NCBI RefSeq assembly: GCF_902713615.1
Contig: NW_024055500.1
Span: 4,762,135 to 4,826,134 of the forward strand
Reading direction: 5' to 3'
DNA length: 64,000 bases
Source: Scyliorhinus canicula
Taxonomy: Eukaryota
This document shows positions 26,401 to 39,694 of this stretch, in pieces. The notes under the pieces are model-generated. The model saw only the letters and a list, made by a program, of their open reading frames with translations. It did not search any database and had not been told where the DNA came from. A program made the translations under genes and the position numbers. Position 1 is the first letter of the stretch. Every line of letters starts with the position of its first letter.

Positions 26401-27585
26401 CCCACTGTCCCTCCAGTGTCCCTCAGTCCCACTGTCCGTCACTCCAGTGTCCTTCAGTCCCACTGTCCCTCATTCCAGTGGTCCCTCAGTCCCACTGCCC
26501 CTCACTCCAGTGTCCCTCAGTCCCACTCCATTGTCCCTCAGTCCCTCTGTCCCTTACTCCAGTGGTCCCTCAGTCCCACTGTCCCTCACTCCAGTGGTCC
26601 CTCAGTCCCACTGTCTCTCACTCCAGTGTCCCTCAGTCCCACTATCCCTCACTCCAGTGTTTCCTCAGTTCCACTGTCCCTCACTCCACTGTCCCTCAGT
26701 CCCACTCCAGTGTCCCTCAGTCCCATGGTCCCTCTCTCCAGTGTCCCTCAGTCCCATTGTCCCTCACTCCAGTGTCCCTCAGTCCCACTCCATTGTCCCT
26801 CAGTCCCTCTGTCCCTCACTCCAGTGGTCCCTCAGTCACACTGTCCCTCACTCCAGTGGTCCCTCAGTCCCACTGTCCTCCACTCCAGTTGTTCCTCACT
26901 CCAGTCGCCCCCCACTCCAGTTGCCTCTCACTCCAGTTACCCTCACTCCAGTTGCCCCTCACTCCAGTCGCCCCTCAGTCCCACTGTCCCCCACTCCAGT
27001 TGCCCCTCACTCCAGTCGCCCCTCACTCCAGTTTCCTCTCACTCCAGTTACCCTCACTCCAGTTGGCCCTCACTCCAATCGCCCCTCACACCAGTTTCCT
27101 CTCACTCCAGTCACCCTCACTCCAGTTGCCCCTCACTCCAGTTGCCCCTCACTCCAGTGTTCCCTCAGTCCCACAGTCCCTCACTCCAGTGGTCCCTCAG
27201 TCCCACTGCCCCTCACTCCAGTGGTCCCTCAGTCCCACTGTCCCTCACTCCAGTGGTCCCTCAGTCCCACTGTCCCTCACGCCAGTGGTCCCTCAATCCC
27301 ACTGTCCCTCACTCCAGTGGTCCCTCAGTCCCACTGTCCCCCACTCCAGTCGCCCCTCACTCCAGTCGCCCCTCACTCCAGTTCCCCTCACTCCAGTTGC
27401 CCCTCACTCCAGTCGCCCCTCACTCCAGTTGCCCCTCACTCCAGTCACCCCTCACTCCAGTTTCCTCTCACTCCAGTTGCCCCTCACTCCAGTTGCCCCT
27501 CACTCCAGTTGCCCCTGACTCTAGTTGCCCCTCACTCCAGTTGTGCCTCACTCCAGTTGCTCCTCATTCCAATTGTCCCTCACTC
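23440..27585. repeat. C-rich minisatellite built from CAGTCCCACTGTCCCTCACTCCAGTGTCCCT modules, grading into a CCCTCACTCCAGTYGC-type variant at the right end
   Basis: Direct reading; stop-free repeat explains the 700-950-aa Pro/Ser ORFs in several frames. Confidence 0.96.
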
Positions 27586-28312
27586 TTAAGGGTTTTGCCA
27601 TTTACGGTTTACCCCTCTATGTTAGACCTACCAAAATGCATTACCTCACATTTGTCCGGATTAAACTCCATTTGCCATTTCTCTGCCCAAGTCTCCAACG
27701 TAGCTCTGTCCTGCTGTATCCTCTGACAGTCCTGAGCTCTATCTGCCACTCCACCAACCTTGGTGTCATCTGTAACCGTCTCTGCTGGCATCATCTTGAA
27801 GTGTATTGACAGTCAGAGAGATCCAGGTGTACAGGTCCACAGGTCACTGAAAGGGGCGACACAGGTGGAGAAGGTAGTCAAGAAGGCAGACGGCATGCTT
27901 GCCTTCATTGGCCGGGGCATTGAGTATAAGAATTGGCAAGTCATGTTGCAGCTGTATAGAACCTTAGTTAGGCCACATTTGGAGTATAGTGTTCAATTCT
28001 GGTCGCCACACTACCAGAAGGATGTGGAGGCTTTAGAGAGGGTGCAGAAGGGATTTACCAGGATGTTGCCTGGTACGGAGGGCATTAGCTATGAGGAGCG
28101 GTTGAATAAACTCGGCTTGTTCTCACTGGAACGACAAGATTGAGGGGCGACCTGATCGAGGTCTACAAAATTATGAGGGGCATAGACAGAGTGGATCAAC
28201 AGAGGCTTTTTCCCCAGGGTAGAGGGGTCAATTACTAGGGGGCATAGGTTTAAGATGCGAGGGGCAAGGTTTAGAGGAGATGTTAGGCAAGTTTTTTTAC
28301 ACAGAGGGTAGT
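27582..28312 (+). mobile_element. CR1-clade LINE 3' fragment with an inverted 5' segment (27582-27775 inverted; about 27795-28312 forward)
   Basis: Inverted part encodes DDTKVGG...EFNPDKCEVMHFGRSN; forward part resumes at the adjacent consensus position (IDSQRD...LVRPHLEYSVQFWSPHY). Confidence 0.85.
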
Positions 28313-28315
28313 GGT

Positions 28316-28551
28316 CCTCCACCCTATCCCCGTAACCCCATCTAACCTTTTTGGGACACTAAGGGGCAATTTATCACGGCCTATCCACCTAACCCGCACA
28401 TCTTTCGGGGCTTGTGGGAGGAAACCGGAGCACCCGGAGGGAACCCACGGCAGACACGGGGGAGAACATGCAGACTCCGCACAGGCAGCGACCAGAGCCG
28501 GGAATCGAACCCTGGAGCCTCGAAGCAACAGTGCTAACCACGGTGCCGCCC
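28316..28551 (-). mobile_element. tRNA-derived SINE (HE1-like)
   Basis: Minus strand GGGCGGCACCGTGGTTAGCAC...GGTTCGATTCCCGG; core shared with the other SINE copies. Confidence 0.85.
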
Positions 28552-29159
28552 CCAAAACGATTACGTCACCTTCTACGAAGTGTTCCATTGCTTGTCGGAA
28601 AATTTCAGATGCTGAAATGATACCATCTTATCGACCCGTGAGCCTGTCTAATTTACTGTCGTACCCATTTGGTCACTTCTCATCCCGGGCTCTGCCATTT
28701 CTCTTACTCCCTCTCGCTCCCTCGGGTTTGTCACAGGTGTGTGCGTGTGTGTGGGGGAGTTCTCCGGGGGAAGGCGGGATTAAAGAAATGAACTTGATCA
28801 TCAGAAACGATAATGAATGGGGGAGCAGGTTCGAAGGGCTGAATGGCCTCCTCAAACACAGTCAGAGTGGAAAGGTTGCGTAGGCAACCCTGGTTCAGCC
28901 TCCCTGTCCCCTCACATCATCCCCACACACAGAGACACAGAGAGAGGCCTCCCACAGCTCAGTCTCCAAATCGCCCTCCGCCCTCCCACACAACACAAAT
29001 GGGACGTTCTGCGGGAACGATATCTCCAACATTCACTCAAAGTTTCACTTTTCCAGAAAGGGGAAGTTGCTTCACAACATACAGGGACGGAAATAGATTG
29101 CACAGGCACGAGAGAGGCAGTGACGCACAGTCCTCTGCTTAACACACACGTGCCATCAT

Positions 29160-32100
29160 GGGAATGTTTGATCGACAGTTTAGAGTGAGCTTTACTCTGT
29201 ATCTAACCCCGTGCTGTACCTGTCCTGGGAATGTTTGATCGACAGTTTAGAGTGAGCTTTACTCTGTATCTAACCCCGTGCTGTACCTGCCCTGGGAGTG
29301 TTTGATGGGGACAGTGTAGAGGGAGCTTTACTCTGTATCTAACCCCGTGCTGTACCTGTCCTGGGAGTGTTTGATGGGGACAGTGTAGAGGGAGCTTTAC
29401 TCGGTATCTAACCCCGTGCTGTACCTGTCCTGGGAGTGTTTGATGGGGACAGTGTAGAGGGAGCTTTACTCTGTATCTAACCCCGTGCTGTACCTGTCCT
29501 GGGAGTGTTTGATGGGGACAGTGTAGAGGGAGCTTTACTCTGTATCTAACACGGTGCTGTACCTGTCCTGGGAGTGTTTGATGGGGACAGTGTAGAGGGA
29601 GCTTTACTCTGTATCTAACCCCATGCTGTACCTGTCCTGGGAGTGTTTGATGGGGACAGTGTAGAGGGAGTGTTACTCTGTATCTAATCCCGTGCTGTAC
29701 CTGCCCTGGGAGTGTTTGATGGGGACAGTGTAGAGGGAGCTTTACTCTGTATCTAACCCCGTGCTGTACCTGTCCTGGGAGTGTTTGATGGGGACAGTGT
29801 AGAGGGAGCTTTACTCTGTATCTAACCCCGTGCTGTACCTGTCCTGGGAGTGTTTGATGGGGACAGTGTAGAGGGAGCTTTACTCTGTATCTAACTCCGT
29901 GCTGTACCTGTCCTGGGAGTGTTTGATGGGGACAGTGTAGAGGGAGCTTTACTCTGTATCTAACCCCGTGCTGTACCTGTCCTGGGAGTGTTGATGGGGA
30001 CAGTATAGAGGGAGCTTTACTCTGTATCAAACCCCGTGCTGTACCTGTCCTGGGAGTGTTTGATGGGAGACAGTGTCGAGGGAGCTTTACTCTGTATCTA
30101 ACCCCGTGCTGTACCTGTCCTGGGAGTGTTTGATGGGGACAGCGTAGAGGGAGCTTTACTCTGTATCTAACCCCGTGCTGTACCTGCCCTGGGAGTGTTT
30201 GATGGGGACAGTGTAGAGGGAGCTTTACTCTGTATCTAACCCCGTGCTGTACCTGTCCTGGGAGTGTTTGATGGGGACAGTGTAGAGGGAGCTTTACTCT
30301 GTATCTAACCCGTGCTGTACCTGTCCTGGGAGTGTTTGATGGGGAGAGTGTAGAGGGAGCTTTACTCTGTATCTAACACCGTGCTGTACCAATCCTGGGA
30401 GTGTTTGATGGGGACAGTGTAGAGGGAGCTTTACTTTGTATCTAACCCCGTGCTCTACCTGTCCTGTGAGTGTTTGATGGGGACAGTGTAGAGGGAGCTT
30501 TACTCTGTATCTAACCCCGTGCTGTACCTGTCCTGGGAGTGTTGATGGGGACAGTGTAGAGGGAGCTTTACTCTGTATGTAACCCCGTGCTGTACCTGTC
30601 CTGGGAGTGTTTGATGGGAGACAGTGTCGAGGGAGCTTTACTCTGTATCTAACCCCGTGCTGTACCTGTCCTGGGAGTGTTTGATGGGGACAGTGTAGAG
30701 GGAGCTTTACTCTGTATATAACCCCGTGCTGTACCTGTCCTGGGAGTGTTTGATGGGGACAGTGTGGAGGGAGCTTTACTCTGTATCCAACACCGTGCTG
30801 TACCTGTCCTGGGAGTGTTTGATGGGGAGAGTGCAGAGGGAGCTTTACTCTGTTTCTAACACTGTGCTGTACCTGGCCTGGGAGTGTTTGATGGGGAGAG
30901 TGTAGAGGGAGCTTTACTCTGTATCTAACCCCGTGCTGTTCTTGTCCTGGGAGTGTTTGATGGGGACAGTGTAGAGGGAGCTTTACTCTGTATCTAACCC
31001 CGTGCTGTCCCTGTTCTGGGAGTGTTTGATGGGGACAGTGTAGAGGGAGCTTTACTCTGTATCTAACCCCATGCTGTACCTGTCCTGGGAGTGATTGATG
31101 GGGACAGTGTAGAGGGAGCTTTACTCTGTATCTAACCCCGTGCTGTACCTGTCCTGGGAGTGTTTGATGGGGACAGTGTAGAGGGAGCTTTACTCTGTAT
31201 CTAACCGCGTGCTGTACATGTCCTGGGAGTGTTTGATGGGAACAGTGTAGAGGGAGCTTTACTCTGTATCTAACCCCGTGCTGTACCTGTCCTGGGAGTG
31301 TTTGATGGGGACAGTGTAGAGGGAGCTTTACTCTGTATCTAACCCCGTGCTGTACCTGTCCTGGGAGTGTTTGTTGGGGACAGTGTAGAGGGAGCTTTAC
31401 TCTGTATCTAACCACGTGCTGTACCTGTCCTGTGAGTGTTTGATGGGGACAGTGTAGAGGGAGCTTTACTCTGTATCTAACACCGTGCTGTACCTGTCCT
31501 GGGAGTGTTTGATGGGGACAGTGTAGAGGGAGCTTTACTCTGTATCTAACCCCGTGCTGTACCTGTCCTGGGAGTGTTTGATGGGGACAGTGTAGAGGGA
31601 GCTTTACTCTGTATCTAACCCCGTGCTGTACCTGTCCTGGGAATGTTTGATCGACAGTTTAGAGTGAGCTTTACTCTGTATCTAACCCCGTGCTGTACCT
31701 GCCCTGGGAGTGTTTGATGGGGACAGTGTAGAGGGAGCTTTACTCTGTATCTAACCCCGTGCTGTACCTGTCCTGGGAGTGTTTGATGGGGACAGTGTAG
31801 AGGGAGCTTTACTCGGTATCTAACCCCGTGCTGTACCTGTCCTGGGAGTGTTTGATGGGGACAGTGTAGAGGGAGCTTTACTCTGTATCTAACCCCGTGC
31901 TGTACCTGTCCTGGGAGTGTTTGATGGGGACAGTGTAGAGGGAGCTTTACTCTGTATCTAACACGGTGCTGTACCTGTCCTGGGAGTGTTTGATGGGGAC
32001 AGTGTAGAGGGAGCTTTACTCTGTATCTAACCCCGTGCTGTACCTGTCCTGGGAGTGTTTGATGGGGACAGTGTAGAGGGAGTGTTACTCTGTATCTAAT

Positions 32101-35100
32101 CCCGTGCTGTACCTGCCCTGGGAGTGTTTGATGGGGACAGTGTAGAGGGAGCTTTACTCTGTATCTAACCCCGTGCTGTACCTGTCCTGGGGTGTTTGAT
32201 GGGGACAGTGTAGAGGGAGCTTTACTCTGTATCTAACCCCGTGCTGTACCTGTCCTGGGAGTGTTTGATGGGGACAGTGTAGAGGGAGCTTTACTCTGTA
32301 TCTAACTCCGTGCTGTACCTGTCCTGGGAGTGTTTGATGGGGACAGTGTAGAGGGAGCTTTACTCTGTATCTAACCCCGTGCTGTACCTGTCCTGGGAGT
32401 GTTGATGGGGACAGTGTAGAGGGAGCTTTACTCTGTATCAAACCCCGTGCTGTACCTGTCCTGGGAGTGTTTGATGGGAGACAGTGTCGAGGGAGCTTTA
32501 CTCTGTATCTAACCCCGTGCTGTACCTGTCCTGGGAGTGTTTGATGGGGACAGCGTAGAGGGAGCTTTACTCTGTATCTAACCCCGTGCTGTACCTGCCC
32601 TGGGAGTGTTTGATGGGGACAGTGTAGAGGGAGCTTTACTCTGTATCTAACCCCGTGCTGTACCTGTCCTGGGAGTGTTTGATGGGGACAGTGTAGAGGG
32701 AGCTTTACTCTGTATCTAACCCGTGCTGTACCTGTCCTGGGAGTGTTTGATGGGGAGAGTGTAGAGGGAGCTTTACTCTGTATCTAACACCGTGCTGTAC
32801 CAATCCTGGGAGTGTTTGATGGGGACAGTGTAGAGGGAGCTTTACTTTGTATCTAACCCCGTGCTCTAACTGTCCTGTGAGTGTTTGATGGGGACAGTGT
32901 AGAGGGAGCTTTACTCTGTATCTAACCCCGTGCTGTACCTGTCCTGGGAGTGTTGATGGGGACAGTGTAGAGGGAGCTTTACTCTGTATCTAACCCCGTG
33001 CTGTACCTGTCCTGGGAGTGTTTGATGGGAGACAGTGTCGAGGGAGCTTTACTCTGTATCTAACCCCGTGCTGTACCTGTCCTGGGAGTGTTTGATGGGG
33101 ACAGTGTAGAGGGAGCTTTACTCTGTATATAACCCCGTGCTGTACCTGTCCTGGGAGTGTTTGATGGGGACAGTGTGGAGGGAGCTTTACTCTGTATCCA
33201 ACCCCGTGCTGTACCTGTCCTGGGAGTGTTTGATGGGGAGAGTGCAGAGGGAGCTTTACTCTGTTTCTAACACTGTGCTGTACCTGGCCTGGGAGTGTTT
33301 GATGGGGAGAGTGTAGAGGGAGCTTTACTCTGTATCTAACCCCGTGCTGTTCTTGTCCTGGGAGTGTTTGATGGGGACAGTGTAGAGGGAGCTTTACTCT
33401 GTATCTAACCCCGTGCTGTCCCTGTTCTGGGAGTGTTTGATGGGGACAGTGTAGAGGGAGCTTTACTCTGTATCTAACCCCATGCTGTACCTTTCCTGGG
33501 AGTGATTGATGGGGACAGTGTAGAGGGAGCTTTACTCTGTATCTAACCCCGTGCTGTACCTGTCCTGGGAGTGTTTGATGGGGACAGTGTAGAGGGAGCT
33601 TTACTCTGTATCTAACCGCGTGCTGTACATGTCCTGGGAGTGTTTGATGGGAACAGTGTAGAGGGAGCTTTACTCTGTATCTAACCCCGTGCTGTACCTG
33701 TCCTGGGAGTGTTTGATGGGGACAGTGTAGAGGGAGCTTTACTCTGTATCTAACCCCGTGCTGTACCTGTCCTGGGAGTGTTTGTTGGGGACAGTGTAGA
33801 GGGAGCTTTACTCTGTATCTAACCACGTGCTGTACCTGTCCTGTGAGTGTTTGATGGGGACAGTGTAGAGGGAGCTTTACTCTGTATCTAACACCGTGCT
33901 GTACCTGTCCTGGGAGTGTTTGATGGGGACAGTGTAGAGGGAGCTTTACTCTGTATCTAACCCCGTGCTGTACCTGTCCTGGGAGTGTTTGATGGGGACA
34001 GTGTAGAGGGAGCTTTACTCTGTATCTAACCCCGTGCTGTACCTGTCCTGGGAATGTTTGATCGACAGTTTAGAGTGAGCTTTACTCTGTATCTAACCCC
34101 GTGCTGTACCTGCCCTGGGAGTGTTTGATGGGGACAGTGTAGAGGGAGCTTTACTCTGTATCTAACGCCGTGCTGTACCTGTCCTGGGAGTGTTTGATGG
34201 GGACAGTGTAGAGGGAGCTTTACTCGGTATCTAACCCCGTGCTGTACCTGTCCTGGGAGTGTTTGATGGGGACAGTGTAGAGGGAGCTTTACTCTGTATC
34301 TAACCCCGTGCTGTACCTGTCCTGGGAGTGTTTGATGGGGACAGTGTAGAGGGAGCTTTACTCTGTATCTAACACGGTGCTGTACCTGTCCTGGGAGTGT
34401 TTGATGGGGACAGTGTAGAGGGAGCTTTACTCTGTATCTAACCCCATGCTGTACCTGTCCTGGGAGTGTTTGATGGGGACAGTGTAGAGGGAGTGTTACT
34501 CTGTATCTAATCCCGTGCTGTACCTGCCCTGGGAGTGTTTGATGGGGACAGTGTAGAGGGAGCTTTACTCTGTATCTAACCCCGTGCTGTACCTGTCCTG
34601 GGGTGTTTGATGGGGACAGTGTAGAGGGAGCTTTACTCTGTATCTAACCCCGTGCTGTACCTGTCCTGGGAGTGTTTGATGGGGACAGTGTAGAGGGAGC
34701 TTTACTCTGTATCTAACTCCGTGCTGTACCTGTCCTGGGAGTGTTTGATGGGGACAGTGTAGAGGGAGCTTTACTCTGTATCTAACCCCGTGCTGTACCT
34801 GTCCTGGGAGTGTTGATGGGGACAGTGTAGAGGGAGCTTTACTCTGTATCAAACCCCGTGCTGTACCTGTCCTGGGAGTGTTTGATGGGAGACAGTGTCG
34901 AGGGAGATTTACTCTGTATCTAACCCCGTGCTGTACCTGTCCTGGGAGTGTTTGATGGGGACAGCGTAGAGGGAGCTTTACTCTGTATCTAACCCCGTGC
35001 TGTACCTGCCCTGGGAGTGTTTGATGGGGACAGTGTAGAGGGAGCTTTACTCTGTATCTAACCCCGTGCTGTACCTGTCCTGGGAGTGTTTGATGGGGAC

Positions 35101-36162
35101 AGTGTAGAGGGAGCTTTACTCTGTATCTAACCCGTGCTGTACCTGTCCTGGGAGTGTTTGATGGGGAGAGTGTAGAGGGAGCTTTACTCTGTATCTAACA
35201 CCGTACTGTCCCAATCCTGGGAGTGTTTGATGGGGACAGTGTAGAGGGAGCTTTACTTTGTATCTAACCCCGTGCTCTAACTGTCCTGTGAGTGTTTGAT
35301 GGGGACAGTGTAGAGGGAGCTTTACTCTGTATCTAACCCCGTGCTGTACCTGTCCTGGGAGTGTTGATGGGGACAGTGTAGAGGGAGCTTTACTCTGTAT
35401 CTAACCCCGTGCTGTACCTGTCCTGGGAGTGTTTGATGGAGACAGTGTCGAGGGAGCTTTACTCTGTATCTAACCCCGTGCTGTACCTGTCCTGGGAGTG
35501 TTTGATGGGGACAGTGTAGAGGGAGCTTTACTCTGTATATAACCCCGTGCTGTACCTGTCCTGGGAGTGTTTGATGGGGACAGTGTGGAGGGAGCTTTAC
35601 TCTGTATCCAACCCCGTGCTGTACCTGTCCTGGGAGTGTTTGATGGGGAGAGTGCAGAGGGAGCTTTACTCTGTTTCTAACACTGTGCTGTACCTGGCCT
35701 GGGAGTGTTTGATGGGGAGAGTGTAGAGGGAGCTTTACTCTGTATCTAACCCCGTGCTGTTCTTGTCCTGGGAGTGTTTGATGGGGACAGTGTAGAGGGA
35801 GCTTTACTCTGTATCTAACCCCGTGCTGTCCCTGTTCTGGGAGTGTTTGATGGGGACAGTGTAGAGGGAGCTTTACTCTGTATCTAACCCCATGCTGTAC
35901 CTGTCCTGGGAGTGATTGATGGGGACAGTGTAGAGGGAGCTTTACTCTGTATCTAACCCCGTGCTGTACCTGTCCTGGGAGTGTTTGATGGGGACAGTGT
36001 AGAGGGAGCTTTACTCTGTATCTAACCGCGTGCTGTACATGTCCTGGGAGTGTTTGATGGGACAGTGTAGAGGGAGCTTTACTCTGTATCTAACCCCGTG
36101 CTGTACCTGTCCTGGGAGTGTTTGATGGGGACAGTGTAGAGGGAGCTTTACTCTGTATCTAA
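29160..36162. repeat. 69-bp minisatellite (GAGCTTTACTCTGTATCTAACCCCGTGCTGTACCTGTCCTGGGAGTGTTTGATGGGGACAGTGTAGAGG) with ~2.41-kb higher-order repeat
   Basis: 23-codon period visible in the ORF track; diagnostic variants recur at 29229, 31641 and 34052. Confidence 0.98.
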
Positions 36163-36662
36163 NNNNNNNNNNNNNNNNNNNNNNNNNNNNNNNNNNNNNN
36201 NNNNNNNNNNNNNNNNNNNNNNNNNNNNNNNNNNNNNNNNNNNNNNNNNNNNNNNNNNNNNNNNNNNNNNNNNNNNNNNNNNNNNNNNNNNNNNNNNNNN
36301 NNNNNNNNNNNNNNNNNNNNNNNNNNNNNNNNNNNNNNNNNNNNNNNNNNNNNNNNNNNNNNNNNNNNNNNNNNNNNNNNNNNNNNNNNNNNNNNNNNNN
36401 NNNNNNNNNNNNNNNNNNNNNNNNNNNNNNNNNNNNNNNNNNNNNNNNNNNNNNNNNNNNNNNNNNNNNNNNNNNNNNNNNNNNNNNNNNNNNNNNNNNN
36501 NNNNNNNNNNNNNNNNNNNNNNNNNNNNNNNNNNNNNNNNNNNNNNNNNNNNNNNNNNNNNNNNNNNNNNNNNNNNNNNNNNNNNNNNNNNNNNNNNNNN
36601 NNNNNNNNNNNNNNNNNNNNNNNNNNNNNNNNNNNNNNNNNNNNNNNNNNNNNNNNNNNNNN
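36163..36662. other. Assembly gap (500 N)
   Basis: Run of N. Confidence 0.99.
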
Positions 36663-36663
36663 C

Positions 36664-37779
<1,116 letters not shown>

Positions 37780-38273
37780 TCCCCGCTCCTGTCATCTTCT
37801 CCGCCCCTCTGACGGGAGATGTACCAGGAATGGAGCTTGTTGTCCTCTGGGGAAAGGTTTGGGCGGGCTGTGGAATTTGGAAGTATGGGAGACGGCCTTG
37901 TTGAAACATATCCGATTTTAAGTGGAGGTTGGCAGAGCGGAGGCTTCGAGGATGTTCCTGTCTGATGAATTTCAGATGTTTTAGGTGCAGGAAGGAGAAG
38001 CCCGGGTTACCGTGTGTGTGTGTGTGTGTGTGTGTGATTGCTGCAGTCACGTTTAATAAATAATCCTGCATTGAATGGTGTTGGCAGTCACAGGTGCAAT
38101 TGAGGCACCGTAAAAAGGTTGGATGAATGAATTTTTGTTTCGATTAAGAGGGTACCCTGTGCCATGTTTAATTAGAGGCATTTGTGTTCCGTTAGTAAAA
38201 TGGCACAACTCATGGGAGAAGTTGGAGTACGGCATGTTGTGGAGGTGTCGGTGTTGGACTGGGGTGAGCACAG

Positions 38274-38327
38274 TGTCATGTGAGAGTACCTTTAAGAAAT
38301 GGGTGTTTATTACTGCAGTGATGTCAG
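38274..38327 (+). mobile_element. 54-bp inverted copy of the LTR 5' (U3) terminus abutting the PBS
   Basis: TGTCATGTGAGAGTACCTTTAAGAAATGGGTGTTTATTACTGCAGTGATGTCAG is the inverted counterpart of the sequence at 39105-39202. Confidence 0.8.
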
Positions 38328-38345
38328 ATCCCGGACGAGCCCCCA
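38328..38345 (-). other. tRNA-Pro primer binding site (TGGGGGCTCGTCCGGGAT)
   Basis: 18-nt match to the complement of the tRNA-Pro 3' end, 3 nt after the LTR end ...CCTATAACA. Confidence 0.9.
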
Positions 38346-38348
38346 GTT

Positions 38349-39202
38349 TGTTATAGGCCAGAACCCCAAAGTGTATCACGGAGTTCCCCTGACCCACAAT
38401 TTTTACTAGATTGTGGTATGGGGAGCACACGGGCCCACTCTACAGGTGTGGCACAGCAGAAATGGAAAAGTATTTTTTAAAGCAAAACAATGTTTATTCT
38501 ATGAACTCAAGTTAACCTTTTGAAAACATACAGTGAACATCTTAGCAACCATCAATTCAAATACAACCCCCAAAGACTACAACACTAAGTAATCCTTTAA
38601 GCTTTCCTTTTAACATCCACACGACTTAAAAAGAAAACCTTTAACAGAAGCACATCAGGTTAAAGTCACTACTGAAAACCTTGGGCAGCACGGTGGCCTA
38701 GTGGTTAGCACAACCGCCTCACGGCGCTGAAGTCCCAGGTTCGATCCCGGCTCTGGGTCACTGTCCGTGTGGAGTTTGCACATTCTCCCGTGTTTGCGTG
38801 GGTTTCGCCCCCACAACCCAAAAATGTGCAGAGTAGGTGGATTGGCCACACTAAATTGCCCCTTAATTGGAAAAATTAATTGGGTAATCTAAATTTAAAA
38901 AAAAAAAACAACTACTGAAAACCTTTACAATTCTGAATTCACCAAATGATCAAGAGATAGTCTTTGGATGGCAGAGAGATCAACAGGACACCTGCTCTGT
39001 CGGGCTTCAGCTCCAACACCGAAAACCAAACTAAAACACACCCTGCAGCAAACAGCCTAAAACAAAAGTAAAAAGCTGACTGACAGCCCAGCTCCACCCA
39101 CTCCCTGACATCACTGCAGTAGTAAACACCCATTTCTGAAAGGTACTCTCACCACAGATATTTATATACACACCCATTTCCTAAAGGTACTCTCACATGA
39201 CA
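38349..39202 (-). mobile_element. LTR (TGT...ACA, about 610 bp without the SINE) of a Gypsy-type or ERV-type element
   Basis: Minus strand starts TGTCATG, ends TAACA, contains AATAAA (TTTATT near 38493), followed by the Pro PBS. Confidence 0.8.
38683..38910 (+). mobile_element. tRNA-derived SINE with poly(A) tail and 15-bp TSD, inserted in the LTR
   Basis: GGGCAGCACGGTGGCCTAGTGG head, GGTTCGATCCC B-box, A-tail; ACTACTGAAAACCTT at both 38668-38682 and 38911-38925. Confidence 0.92.
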
Positions 39203-39429
39203 AGTAAGAAGTCTGACAACACCAGGTTAAAGTTCAACAGGTTTGTTTCAAATCACTAGCTTTCGGAGCACAGCTCCTTCCTCAGGCGACACTGCTAACT
39301 CTCTAAGTGGATTGAGAGCTGAGATGGTTCTGGTGTTTGATTAGAAGTAAAGATAGCAGTTAAGGCGTTGTTGTCTCTGTATTGATTCGCGTTGTTTCAG
39401 GGGTAATTGCGAACCATTTTCTGGTGTGA

Positions 39430-39687
<258 letters not shown>

Positions 39688-39694
39688 TGATTCC

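Noticed and set aside
23440-27585. Ig switch-region-like G-rich repeat
   Set aside because: Lacks AGCT hotspots and lies upstream of the leader rather than before a C exon
23417-27726. 485-949-aa Pro/Ser-rich ORFs resembling mucins
   Set aside because: Open in several frames at once because the repeat lacks stop codons; no splice signals or signal peptide
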